Assembly (NCBI GenBank): GCA_035448825.1
Contig: DAOTJS010000005.1
Coordinates: 6,096 to 70,095, forward strand
Length of the DNA: 64,000 nucleotides
DNA from: Fidelibacterota bacterium
GTDB taxonomy: Bacteria; Fidelibacterota; UBA2242
Direction: 5' to 3'
In this document: one piece after another, positions 46,408 to 56,266 of the stretch
Layout: every line of letters starts with the position of its first letter
Numbering within the stretch: position 1 is the stretch's first letter
The notes under the pieces: generated by a model
Database searches by the model: none
The model's input: the letters and a program-made list of their open reading frames with translations, nothing else
Told to the model about the DNA's origin: nothing
Program-made: the position numbers and the translations under genes

Positions 46408-47679
46408 TTACATTACATTTTCGGTTACATGTTTTATCCAGCCCCTCATTCTGCGAAGGGGACCGGCGGTTGTTTTATTTGAAGCCGAACCGCTAATCTG
46501 TTCGGCAATTGCATACTTAATTAATCCAATTGCGACGGAAAAGATTGGATCACTTAACTCCGTAACGTATTCTTGGAAACCACGTGGGGCTACCACTTTT
46601 GCTGGAGTATTGAAAATCATCTCGGCTAATTCATCCGTGCCTTTTAATAGAGCGCCGCCACCGGTTAGGACGACTGCTAAAGTATTAGTCAAAGAAATAT
46701 CGGCTTTTTTAGCTTCGAGATATGCTTCACGCAAAATTTCTTCCATACGCGGTTCGATCCATTCGGCTAAATTAAAAAGAGAAATTTCCCGAGGTGACCG
46801 CCCTCCCAGACTATCCAATTTGAAAAATGCTTCTTTGTCGGTCAAAGAAACCTTGGCAAAACCATGCTCGCGTTTTATACTTTCGGCTTTTTCGAGGGGA
46901 ACTCTCAGCATATAAGCAATATCATTGGTAACGCTATTAGCTCCCAGATTGACGACTCCGGTATGGTGAACGCCGTCATCGTAAAAAACGATTATGTCAA
47001 TAACTCCACTGCCGATGTCCAGAAGCACACTGCCCATCGTTTTTTCACTCTCTTCCAGACAGGCATAGGCGGCCGCCAGAGAACTCAATACAAAGCCGTC
47101 AATTTCCAGATCGGCATTCTTGATACATTTACTTAAATTGGAGAGAACGGTGGTATTATAGGTGGTCAGATGTACCTTGGCATCCAGCCGTCGACCGCTG
47201 AGATTCAACGGATTTTTTACTCCCGGCTGTTCATCAATGATGTATTCCTGAGGAAGAACATGTAGAATCTGCCGATCTAACGGAAGCGGTACCGCCTTGG
47301 TATGTTCGATTACGCGCTCGATATCTTCGTTCTCAATTTCCCGGGCTTCGCCTAAGCCGGTGCGTGAATCGCGCGAGATTGCCATCATTCCACGTGTATT
47401 CAAACTGCGGATATGATCGCCCGAAACTCCTACCAGGCAGGAATTAATCGAAAAACCAGCCATTTTTTCAGCTTCGCTAATGGCATTAACAATTGACTGG
47501 GTCGCATTTTCGATATCAACAACCAAGCCTTTCTTAATTCCTTTAGAAGGACTGATACCGTACCCTTTAATAATAGGTTCGGTTGAATCGGGAGTAACTT
47601 CGGCAATTACGGCGCAGACTTTAGATGAGCCAACGTCGAGACCGGTCAGGATTTGGTTTTTTAGTTTTAACATTTTCAT
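46408..47679 (-). CDS. ftsA: cell division protein FtsA
   Basis: 423 aa with an actin-like ATPase fold (GLDVGSSKV, DIGSGVIDI, LTGGGALL). Confidence 0.95.
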   Translation of the reverse strand: MKMLKLKNQILTGLDVGSSKVCAVIAEVTPDSTEPIIKGYGISPSKGIKKGLVVDIENATQSIVNAISEAEKMAGFSINSCLVGVSGDHIRSLNTRGMMAISRDSRTGLGEAREIENEDIERVIEHTKAVPLPLDRQILHVLPQEYIIDEQPGVKNPLNLSGRRLDAKVHLTTYNTTVLSNLSKCIKNADLEIDGFVLSSLAAAYACLEESEKTMGSVLLDIGSGVIDIIVFYDDGVHHTGVVNLGANSVTNDIAYMLRVPLEKAESIKREHGFAKVSLTDKEAFFKLDSLGGRSPREISLFNLAEWIEPRMEEILREAYLEAKKADISLTNTLAVVLTGGGALLKGTDELAEMIFNTPAKVVAPRGFQEYVTELSDPIFSVAIGLIKYAIAEQISGSASNKTTAGPLRRMRGWIKHVTENVM

Positions 47680-48492
47680 TTATGATTTTCGTTCTTTCGC
47701 TATGATTTGTTTATCCCAGCGCAAATCTAAATATTGATAATCGGCGAAATTGCGCTTGGATTTAATTAATGTTTGAAAAGTCGCCAGAATATAAAGTTGC
47801 TTGATTAAATCGCCGCGTCCGATATAAATCGGCGTTCCACCGTTGACGGTATAGATGATGAACTCGCCCTCTTTCCAGGCAAAGATTTCTGAAATTTCGG
47901 CGTACAATGCGTCGGCTTTCAATGCAGCCGTCTGGATAAAATTCAAAGCCTTGACCATTTCGGGATTAGGTGCCGGCTGGCCAGGCCGACAACGCGCGGA
48001 ATCTTTCTCGAAACCGGTAATGACCGGTAAGTTAGCTTTTATTTTCTCCTTGCGAAGCGGTAATATGATTCCCTGTTGATCAATTAGCCAGAGTGTACCC
48101 GTATTCAAATAACAAACCGGGATTCGTTCTTTGATCATTATTTTCACGCGATTCGGAAATTCGCGACTGACGACTGCCGCCTGAATATAAGGTTCCAGTT
48201 CGAGTCGGTTCTGGATTTGGCGAGTATCCAATTTTCGCAGGCTGGAGCCTGTCTTAAAGCCCGCGATTTTTATAATTTCTTCACTGGATAAAATTGAAAC
48301 GCCGCTAACTTCGATTTTGTCGAGATTAAGGAAATGGGTGTATTCGCACCAGTCAATTGCCAGATATACTAGATAGCCGAATCCACCAAGCAATGCTATC
48401 CAAAGAAATAACCACATCCTTGTTCTGGGACGCTTGTCCTGTTCTTTCTGGCTGATTTTAGTCCCTTTTTCTACTGTCATTTCACTAATCAT
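47680..48492 (-). CDS. ftsQ: cell division protein FtsQ (POTRA domain)
   Basis: 270 aa with an N-terminal TM helix, then POTRA-like ..LNLDKIEVSGVSILSSEEI... It lies immediately upstream of ftsA. Confidence 0.85.
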   Translation of the reverse strand: MISEMTVEKGTKISQKEQDKRPRTRMWLFLWIALLGGFGYLVYLAIDWCEYTHFLNLDKIEVSGVSILSSEEIIKIAGFKTGSSLRKLDTRQIQNRLELEPYIQAAVVSREFPNRVKIMIKERIPVCYLNTGTLWLIDQQGIILPLRKEKIKANLPVITGFEKDSARCRPGQPAPNPEMVKALNFIQTAALKADALYAEISEIFAWKEGEFIIYTVNGGTPIYIGRGDLIKQLYILATFQTLIKSKRNFADYQYLDLRWDKQIIAKERKS

Positions 48493-48515
48493 AAACTATT
48501 TGATCCAAAACCTGT

Positions 48516-48666
48516 CAGGGTTCCCGAGACTAATAGCAAAATTATCTGGCGTTGCATTATCTTCAGATCGAAATCTTTGCTCGTAGGATAACCGAATACG
48601 GAAATTTTTCGGTGCTGAAGAGCCGGCGTTGTGATGTTTTGCCCCCCATATCTGCGGGAACCCTGG
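48516..48666 (-). other. nested inverted-repeat element in the murC-ftsQ gap (structured RNA or MITE candidate)
   Basis: Outer 11-bp perfect stem 48516-48526 / 48655-48665. Inner stems GCAAAA/TTTTGC (48536-41 / 48637-42) and CTTCAG/CTGAAG (48561-66 / 48615-20). Hairpins ACCGAA/TTCGGT (48591-96 / 48608-13) and AGAT-CGAA-ATCT (48565-76; a UUCG loop on the minus-strand RNA). Confidence 0.45.
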
Positions 48667-48801
48667 AAATTTTTTATCCAAAATGTTCTATCACAAAGTT
48701 TATCTATGTCACGGTACTTTCTAATAAAAGAAGAGAAACTCTGAACACATAACCATCTTTGCGATTTATTTTTTAAGGTCATCAATTTCTGTTTCAATTT
48801 C

Positions 48802-50160
48802 TTATTCCATTAATTTTGGTAGAATTTTATTGACATCACCGGCGCCCAGAGTGATAATCATATCGCCGGTGAGTTTTATCTTTTTTAGTAATGCCAGAGC
48901 TTCAGCGGGTGTGCTGGTAAGGTAAACGTTTTGCTCTCGGTCTTTGCGAATTTCATCATAAATCAAGCGAGAACTTACGCGTTTCAGAGGTGCTTCTCGT
49001 GCTGGATAAATTTCTAGAAGAACAATGACGTCAGCAATTTGAAGCACCCGCGCAAAATCGGCATAAAAATCGCGAGTACGAGAAAATAAATGGGGTTGAA
49101 AAACGGCAACGATTCGTCTCGGCCAGCCTTGGCGAGCAGCGCTGAGGGTTGCCATAATTTCACTGGGATGATGGGCATAATCATCTACCAACATAAGATT
49201 ATCGTCTTCTCGTAGAATCTCGAATCGCCTTTTAACGCCCCGAAAAGCTGCCAGACCTTCTTGAATAACTGAAAAGGGTACGTTTAGTAAAGAAGCAGTT
49301 GTGATAGCCGCTAGTGCGTTTTTAATATTGTGCAAACCAGGAACATTTAACTGTATTGAGCCCATTAAATCTGAATTACGATAGACCTCGTAGGTACTCG
49401 AATTACCTATAACACGGATATTACGAGCTTGAAATTCTCCGGTATAAAGACCATAAGTCGTATAAGGACGCTCGAGCCGTTTCAGGAAGTCGGGTATTTC
49501 TTTTTCGTCCGAACAGGCGATGACTCGACCGCTGTCCGGTATCTTAGCGGTAAATTCATAAAAAGCATTCTTAATTTGTGTGAGGTTTTCATAGCAATCC
49601 AGATGTTCACTCTCGATATTCGTGATAATGGCATAAGTCGGAGATAATTGCAGGAAACTGCGATCAAATTCATCGGCTTCGGCAATCCCTATCTCACCGT
49701 GGCCGATTTGAATCGGACTACCGCTATTTTTCAAAATACCGCCACTTAGAATGAGCGGGTCCATTCCTGCCTTAGTCAAAACCTGTCCGATCATCGCCGT
49801 AGTAGTAGTTTTCCCGTGAGTACCACTGACGGCAATCCGAAGGGACTTGGTGGCGAAAATTTGGCCGAGCAATTCGGCTCGTCGCAGAGTTGGGATGTGA
49901 CATTCGGTTGCTACCATTCTTTCCGGATTGTCGGGTTTAACCGCCGAAGAATATACTAGGTAGTCGCAATCACCCACGTTTTCGCGGCGATGTCCATATT
50001 TGATTTTGGCCCCCTGTTTTTCCAACCGTTCCGTATTTTCTGAAGGCGCCAGATCAGAACCGGTAACGATTTGACCATTGTATAATAAATATTCAGCCAA
50101 GCCGCACATACCGATGCCGCCGATTCCAACGAAGTGATATTTTTTGACTTCAGAGTGCAT
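48802..50160 (-). CDS. murC: UDP-N-acetylmuramate--L-alanine ligase
   Basis: 452 aa: FVGIGGIGMCGLAEYL and GTHGKTTTT. Confidence 0.95.
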   Translation of the reverse strand: MHSEVKKYHFVGIGGIGMCGLAEYLLYNGQIVTGSDLAPSENTERLEKQGAKIKYGHRRENVGDCDYLVYSSAVKPDNPERMVATECHIPTLRRAELLGQIFATKSLRIAVSGTHGKTTTTAMIGQVLTKAGMDPLILSGGILKNSGSPIQIGHGEIGIAEADEFDRSFLQLSPTYAIITNIESEHLDCYENLTQIKNAFYEFTAKIPDSGRVIACSDEKEIPDFLKRLERPYTTYGLYTGEFQARNIRVIGNSSTYEVYRNSDLMGSIQLNVPGLHNIKNALAAITTASLLNVPFSVIQEGLAAFRGVKRRFEILREDDNLMLVDDYAHHPSEIMATLSAARQGWPRRIVAVFQPHLFSRTRDFYADFARVLQIADVIVLLEIYPAREAPLKRVSSRLIYDEIRKDREQNVYLTSTPAEALALLKKIKLTGDMIITLGAGDVNKILPKLME

Positions 50161-51289
50161 TTATTTCGATAGAACTTAAAATATCATCAATGATTAATTT
50201 TGCCGAATCCGGTTTGGCTAATGCTTGGGCATTGGCCGACATTGCTTGAAGACGTGACTCATCTTTCAGCAAGGCGATCAGTTCTTTCGCTAAACGGTCG
50301 TTAGTCAATTCTTTCTGGAGTATCAGAATGGAAGCGCCACGCTGTTCCATATTGCGGGCGTTGATTTCCTGATGATTTCCGGCCGCGGTTGGTAAAGGAA
50401 CGAGAATGGAAGGTTTCCCATAAAGACAAAGTTCCGCCAGCGATAGAGCGCCCGCCCGACTAATGACTACATCGGCGGCACAATAGGCGATCCCCATTTC
50501 ATGAATGAAAGGCGTGACGTGCACCCAGGGATTATCACTAAAAATATTATCAATTGTTTTAAAATCGCGTTGACCAGTTTGCCAGATGAATTGACATTTG
50601 ACGGCTTCTAAAACTGTATTAATATTCTCGACCCAATAAGAATTAATGGCCTGTGAGCCTTGACTGCCTCCGAAAATAAAAACGGTTTTGCGATCGGGTT
50701 CCAATTCAAAAAAATAAATCGCCTGTTCTCGCGGAACAATTTGCAGGGAACGCCGGAGAGGAGTGCCGAGATAGACGGCGTTTTCCAGATAGGTTTGTGA
50801 CTCTTCAAAAGAAGTATAAAGACGCTTAGCTTTTTTTGCCAACATTTTAGTCGTAGCGCCTGGGATGACATTCTGCTCGTGGAGAAAAATCGGGATTTTC
50901 AACATTGCGGCAATTCGGAGCGGTGGTCCAGCCGTGTAACCGCCAGTTCCAATGGCAATGTCGGGATCGAAATTTTTTATAATGAAAAATGATTGAATCA
51001 GACTAACGATCAATCTGATGGGGAATAATAAATTGACCAGAATATCGTTCAGAGTCCAACCACGTTGCCAGCCGCGAATCCAGATTTTATGAAATTCAAA
51101 ACCGAGACTTGGAACTATCTGGGATTCCAGGCCGCGCCGCGTTCCAATAAAAATGATTTCGAGACCGTCAATTTGAGATTTACGCATCTGGAGTTCTTCC
51201 GCCAGAGCGATCGCCGGAAAAAGATGGCCACCGGTACCACCGCCGGTTATTAATACTTTTAAACTTCGGGATTCGGTTTTCTTAGTCAT
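50150..51289 (-). CDS. murG: undecaprenyldiphospho-muramoylpentapeptide beta-N-acetylglucosaminyltransferase
   Basis: 379 aa: ITGGGTGGHLFPAIALAEEL and the C-terminal GT28 domain. Confidence 0.95.
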   Translation of the reverse strand: MTKKTESRSLKVLITGGGTGGHLFPAIALAEELQMRKSQIDGLEIIFIGTRRGLESQIVPSLGFEFHKIWIRGWQRGWTLNDILVNLLFPIRLIVSLIQSFFIIKNFDPDIAIGTGGYTAGPPLRIAAMLKIPIFLHEQNVIPGATTKMLAKKAKRLYTSFEESQTYLENAVYLGTPLRRSLQIVPREQAIYFFELEPDRKTVFIFGGSQGSQAINSYWVENINTVLEAVKCQFIWQTGQRDFKTIDNIFSDNPWVHVTPFIHEMGIAYCAADVVISRAGALSLAELCLYGKPSILVPLPTAAGNHQEINARNMEQRGASILILQKELTNDRLAKELIALLKDESRLQAMSANAQALAKPDSAKLIIDDILSSIEINAL

Positions 51290-52424
51290 TGAACCTCACC
51301 AACGAATTTGTTTTTTCTTTCGGGACCGCATAACGCGAAATGTTCAGAATGATCCCAACACAGGCAAAATTGAATAACATCGAAGAACCGCCGTAACTGA
51401 TAAAGGGCAGAGGCAAACCGGTTACCGGTAAAAGCCCACAGGTTACACCTACATTGACAATTACATAAATGAACAAACAACTCGATAACCCGATGCCCAG
51501 CAAATTACCGAAAATATCCGGCGCCCGCAGAGCAATTTTAATTCCCCTGATAAACAGGTAAAGGTAAAGCGATAGTAAAATCACTGCCCCAATAAAACCA
51601 AGCTCCTCACCAACCACCGAGAAAATAAAATCGGTATGCATATCAGGTAAGAACAAATTTTTCTCGATACTACCACCCAGACCGCGACCGAAAAAACCAC
51701 CGTTACCCAGCGTGATCATTGATTGATGAATTTGGTAACCGGCGCCCTGTAAATCCTTTTCCGGTTCCAGAAAAGTCAGGATGCGTCGTAATTTATACGG
51801 TGAACGCAAAATCGTAACTACCGACAGCAATGCAAATCCACCGATGAAGGGTAGAAAATGAAGCAATTTAGTGCCACCGATAAACAGGACAATTAGACCG
51901 AAAACAGTAAAAACAGCGGCCGTGCTGTAATTCGGCTCAACCATAATCAAGGCTACCATAATTAACATAATGGCAACCGGCGGTATAAAACCGCGCTTGA
52001 AATCATCCAGATGCCTTTCGTGTCGTTCAATAAAGGACGAGAGATAGATAATTAACGCCAATTTGGCAAACTCCGAAGGCTGAAAATTAAAGCCGCCAAT
52101 CGGAAACCAACGCGCAGTCGCTTGACCAGGATGCAATTTGTGATAAACCAGAGTCGCAATCAGCGAAATGATGCCGGCCAGGACAATCCAGAACGCACAT
52201 TTTTTAAAAATTTGATAATTGATAAAGGTACAAATAAGACCAACAACCATACCCAGCACAATCCGAATAAACTGTCCACGAACATAAAAAGACGGATCGT
52301 CGAAACGGGCTTCACCCAGCGAAGAACTGGCGCTGTATTGCATAACTAAACCAAACCCTAACAGAATAAAAAAGGCGATCAAGTATTTTTGGTCAACTTT
52401 TCCTTTTTTAAAAGCCACATTCAT
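51282..52424 (-). CDS. ftsW: SEDS-family peptidoglycan polymerase FtsW
   Basis: 380 aa polytopic protein: QPSEFAKL and LPFISYGGSS. It occupies the dcw position between murD and murG. Confidence 0.92.
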   Translation of the reverse strand: MNVAFKKGKVDQKYLIAFFILLGFGLVMQYSASSSLGEARFDDPSFYVRGQFIRIVLGMVVGLICTFINYQIFKKCAFWIVLAGIISLIATLVYHKLHPGQATARWFPIGGFNFQPSEFAKLALIIYLSSFIERHERHLDDFKRGFIPPVAIMLIMVALIMVEPNYSTAAVFTVFGLIVLFIGGTKLLHFLPFIGGFALLSVVTILRSPYKLRRILTFLEPEKDLQGAGYQIHQSMITLGNGGFFGRGLGGSIEKNLFLPDMHTDFIFSVVGEELGFIGAVILLSLYLYLFIRGIKIALRAPDIFGNLLGIGLSSCLFIYVIVNVGVTCGLLPVTGLPLPFISYGGSSMLFNFACVGIILNISRYAVPKEKTNSLVRFND

Positions 52425-53815
52425 ACTTTGGAGTCCTTTTGCAAATTCATCACGATTTCCTTAAAAACTCGACCACGATGTTCATAATCGTTAAACATAT
52501 CAAAACTGGCACAAGCCGGGGAGAGCAAAACTATATCACCCGGCACAGCCAGACTGCGGGCAATTTCCACAGCTTTCGGCATTGAATATCCGGCGTCGTA
52601 CACCTCGACGATGCCGCTCAACGACTGGCGAATTTTATCAGCGGCTTTGCCAATTAAAACGGCGGCTTTGACATGTTCTTTAATTTGCGGGATGAGTAGC
52701 GTGAAATCGGAGTCTTTATCTTTTCCACCCAGAATGACAATCACCGGGCGATTGAAACTTTTCAGGGCATAATTGACCGAATCAACATTAGTGGCTTTGG
52801 AATCATTGTAGTAGTCAACGCCGTCTATCGTTGTCACAAATTCCAAACGATGTTCGATGCTTTTGAAATTATATATTGCATTTTGTAAATGCGCGATTGG
52901 GATCTGATACAATCGCCCGGCCGTCAAGGCAGCGGTCAAATTATAAAGATTATGTTCACCGAGTAGAGCCACTCGTGCTCGTTCGATAAATTGATCTTCT
53001 TCGGTAAAGTAAATTTTCTCGGCGTCCGAGGTAATTAATTTCCGGGAAGTGGAATGTAATCCAGCAGGAACCAAACGACATCGCGACGGCAAATTAGCCT
53101 TTAGCAATTCATCATCGTCATTGTAAATGTAATAGTCGTCTTCGGTCTGGTTCAGCGTTATGCGCAATTTGGCGGCTAAATAAAGCTCCATACGGTGGTC
53201 GTAGCGATCCAGATGATCGGGTGTTATGTTCAGGATTATCGAAACCTTAGGCCGGAAATGAACAATTCGTTCTAATTGAAAACTACTCAGTTCCAGAATG
53301 AAAATTTTCTGGGGATGAGCGGAATTTTCAGCTTCGACGATTAAATGACTAAAAGCCGTTCCGATGTTGCCGCCGCAGTACGGCTCGTATTGACTACCTT
53401 TAAAAATCTCGTAAAGAAGGGTAGTGGTGGTAGTTTTGCCATTTGAACCGGTGACGGCGATGATATTATCCGTCGGACAGAACCAGTAAGCCATTTCCAC
53501 TTCTGCTACAATCGGTATTGAACGTCTAGTAGCTTCAACGACGATCGGAGCGTCATTGGGAATCCCCGGACTAAGAACAATCAGGTCGGAATCGAAAATT
53601 TTCGAGGTATGGCCGCCAGTCTCCAATTGAACGTTGTTTTGCTTTAATTCTAAGCGTTGTTCTGGAGCGATTTCCAGATTCGCGGCATCTGATAAAAGAA
53701 CCTCAGCTCCCCGTCGAGCGGCTAATATCGCGGCCGCAATTCCACTGCGTTTAGCGCCCAGAACGGCGACTTTTAAATTTTTTAGATTAGTTGGTTTGGT
53801 TTTTAAATCTATCAT
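52421..53815 (-). CDS. murD: UDP-N-acetylmuramoylalanine--D-glutamate ligase
   Basis: 464 aa: VLGAKRSGIAAA and GSNGKTTTT. Confidence 0.95.
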   Translation of the reverse strand: MIDLKTKPTNLKNLKVAVLGAKRSGIAAAILAARRGAEVLLSDAANLEIAPEQRLELKQNNVQLETGGHTSKIFDSDLIVLSPGIPNDAPIVVEATRRSIPIVAEVEMAYWFCPTDNIIAVTGSNGKTTTTTLLYEIFKGSQYEPYCGGNIGTAFSHLIVEAENSAHPQKIFILELSSFQLERIVHFRPKVSIILNITPDHLDRYDHRMELYLAAKLRITLNQTEDDYYIYNDDDELLKANLPSRCRLVPAGLHSTSRKLITSDAEKIYFTEEDQFIERARVALLGEHNLYNLTAALTAGRLYQIPIAHLQNAIYNFKSIEHRLEFVTTIDGVDYYNDSKATNVDSVNYALKSFNRPVIVILGGKDKDSDFTLLIPQIKEHVKAAVLIGKAADKIRQSLSGIVEVYDAGYSMPKAVEIARSLAVPGDIVLLSPACASFDMFNDYEHRGRVFKEIVMNLQKDSKV

Positions 53816-54915
53816 AGGATTTTAAAAGTACTTAGACTAAACAAAGCCAATAAAATGCCGACTATCCAGAAACGGATTACAATTTTACTTTCCGGTAAGC
53901 CCAGCATTTCGAAATGATGGTGGAGCGGAGCCATCTTGAAGACCCGTTGACCGACGCCAGTGCGCCTTTTTGTCCATTTAAAGTAAACTACTTGGATTAT
54001 GACCGAGAGGGCCTCGGCAATGAACAAAGCCCCTAGGAAAATGAACAATATTTCCTTTTTCAGTAAAATCGCCAGAGTGGCAAGGGCACTGCCCATTGAT
54101 AGGGAACCAGTATCGCCCATAAAAACTTCCGCCGGTTTGGCATTGAACCACAAGAAACCGAGAAATGCTCCGGCGGCAGCCATACAGAATATTGATAATT
54201 CACCGCTTCCCGGCAAGTAAATCGTATTCAAATAACTACTGAAATCAACTCGCCCGGTTATGTAAGCAACGACTGCCAGTGTCAGCGCGACAATTCCCAT
54301 TAGTCCGGCGGCCAGTCCATCCAGCCCGTCGGTCAGATTGACAGCATTGGATATTCCGGTGATGAAAAAAATAATGAATGGGATATAAAACCACCCAAAA
54401 TCGAGATAATTGTTTTTCAAAAATGGAACTGAAGTGATCGAGTTAATATTAGCAAATTCTGGCGAGAAGTAGAGATAACAACCAATCAATACACCCAGAG
54501 CGATTTGTCCTAACAGTTTATAACGCGCAATCAGCCCTTTTTTCTTTTTCTTAACTACTTTTAAATAATCGTCGAGGAAACCGAATATGCCCATCCAGAC
54601 CGTGCTTAGTAAAATTAGATTGATATAAGTGTTGGTAAGATTAGCCCACAAAAGCACCGGCACGATTACCGAAAATAAAATGATGATTCCGCCCATAGTT
54701 GGGGTGCCTTTTTTCTCCAAATGGGTTTGCGGACCATCTTCCCGAATCAATTCGCCGATCTGATATTTTTTTAGTTTTTTAATAATGTACGGCCCAATGA
54801 TAAAACTTATCAGTAAGGCCGTAATAGCCGCCATAGCCGCCCGAAAAGTGATGTACTGAAATAGATTGAATCCCGTGAAGTACTTTTTTAACGGATAAAG
54901 GAGATGGTAAAACAT
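53812..54915 (-). CDS. mraY: phospho-N-acetylmuramoyl-pentapeptide transferase
   Basis: 367 aa: KKGTPTMGG, NAVNLTDGLDGLA, and HHHFE. Confidence 0.96.
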   Translation of the reverse strand: MFYHLLYPLKKYFTGFNLFQYITFRAAMAAITALLISFIIGPYIIKKLKKYQIGELIREDGPQTHLEKKGTPTMGGIIILFSVIVPVLLWANLTNTYINLILLSTVWMGIFGFLDDYLKVVKKKKKGLIARYKLLGQIALGVLIGCYLYFSPEFANINSITSVPFLKNNYLDFGWFYIPFIIFFITGISNAVNLTDGLDGLAAGLMGIVALTLAVVAYITGRVDFSSYLNTIYLPGSGELSIFCMAAAGAFLGFLWFNAKPAEVFMGDTGSLSMGSALATLAILLKKEILFIFLGALFIAEALSVIIQVVYFKWTKRRTGVGQRVFKMAPLHHHFEMLGLPESKIVIRFWIVGILLALFSLSTFKIL

Positions 54916-54916
54916 A

Positions 54917-56266
54917 TTATTGCTTCAGTCCTTCGATAATTTCTTCCATACAACTGCCACGTGAGCCTTTTACGAGCAGAGTATCGCCTTCTTTAAGGTC
55001 GGATTTCAGTGCAGCTAATAAATCCGTTTTGGTTTGAAAATGATATACGGTTTTTAAGCCGGCCTGAGCAGCAGCTTCAGTGGCATAAGCTATCAGCGTT
55101 CCAACGCCATAAAATTGGTCAATGCCAGCCTGGGCGACCGCCTGTCCAACTCGTCTATGCCCTTGAGAGGAATATTGACCTAATTCGAGCATATCACCCA
55201 TTACGAAAATGCGCCGTCCGCTAGTTTTAATCCGTCCGAAAGTTTCCAAGGCGGCAACGGTCGAATCGGGATTGGCATTGTAAACATCATTGATAACCTG
55301 ATAGGGGCCAACTTTAATCTGCACAAAACGTTGATTAATCGGTTGAAATGATTCAAGAACTTCAATAATTGCTTTTTCATCTACGTTATAAGATAAACCG
55401 ACTGCGACCGCTGCCAGCGCATTTAAAGCGGCAATTTTACCGGGAATTGACAGATGAATGTCGAACCTGGAATTGATGTTTAAGGTCGCTTGACCTTCAT
55501 CATTGTAGTCTAAGATTTTGCCGCGGAAATCAACGTCTTTATTTTCGAAACCGTATTTGATTTTACGTCCGGCTACCGGCATTTTAATAATTAGAGGGTC
55601 GTCAGCATTGACAAAAGCGATTCCATTTTCCGGCAAAGCGGCGAATAGTTCCGATTTAGCCCGTGCCACGCCTTCGATATTTCCGAAAAATTCAATATGC
55701 CCCCAACCGACATTGGTGATTAAACCGGCGTTCGGATGGGCAATTTCACATAATCGGGTAATTTCACCAAAATGATTCGTTCCCATTTCGAGCAGACTGA
55801 ATTGGTGCTCGGGTCTTAAATTCAACAAAGTAAGCGGTAAACCGAGTTGGTTATTGAAATTACCAGAAGTTGTATGCAGGATATAAGCAGTTTTTATAAT
55901 TGCAGCGCACATCGCGCGAGTGGTCGTTTTTCCGTTAGTTCCGGTAATCGCCAATACCGGAATGGAGAATGATAGTCGCCATTTTTCGGCTAATTTCTGG
56001 AGGGCTTTTTCGGGGTCGGGTACGATCCAGAGGGGAGCAGAAATCGGATTTTTCGCCGCCCAATCTTCCGCTACCACGCACAAAGCGGCGCCTTTCTGTA
56101 AAGCATCCTGAACATAATTATGACCATCAGAACTCTCACCTTTTAAAGCGAAGAAAGCCGCGCCAGATTGAAGTTTACGGCTGTCAATTTCGGCGCCATT
56201 GATTGCCCCTTCGAAATTTACTATTTGTCCAAGACCGAGTGACCGAATGAAATCGGCTTTAATCAT
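54917..56266 (-). CDS. murF: UDP-N-acetylmuramoyl-tripeptide--D-alanyl-D-alanine ligase
   Basis: I prefer the Met at 56266 (MIKADFIRSLGLG..), which overlaps the murE stop by 8 nt. The ORF-track start at 56389 would overlap murE by 131 nt. GTNGKTTT is present. Confidence 0.92.
   Translation of the reverse strand: MIKADFIRSLGLGQIVNFEGAINGAEIDSRKLQSGAAFFALKGESSDGHNYVQDALQKGAALCVVAEDWAAKNPISAPLWIVPDPEKALQKLAEKWRLSFSIPVLAITGTNGKTTTRAMCAAIIKTAYILHTTSGNFNNQLGLPLTLLNLRPEHQFSLLEMGTNHFGEITRLCEIAHPNAGLITNVGWGHIEFFGNIEGVARAKSELFAALPENGIAFVNADDPLIIKMPVAGRKIKYGFENKDVDFRGKILDYNDEGQATLNINSRFDIHLSIPGKIAALNALAAVAVGLSYNVDEKAIIEVLESFQPINQRFVQIKVGPYQVINDVYNANPDSTVAALETFGRIKTSGRRIFVMGDMLELGQYSSQGHRRVGQAVAQAGIDQFYGVGTLIAYATEAAAQAGLKTVYHFQTKTDLLAALKSDLKEGDTLLVKGSRGSCMEEIIEGLKQ

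Noticed and set aside
48489-48797. The 102-aa ORF between murC and ftsQ as a degraded ddl or murB remnant.
   Set aside because: It is far too short and has no ATP-grasp or FAD-binding motif fragments. Whether it is a genuine small protein remains open (see findings).
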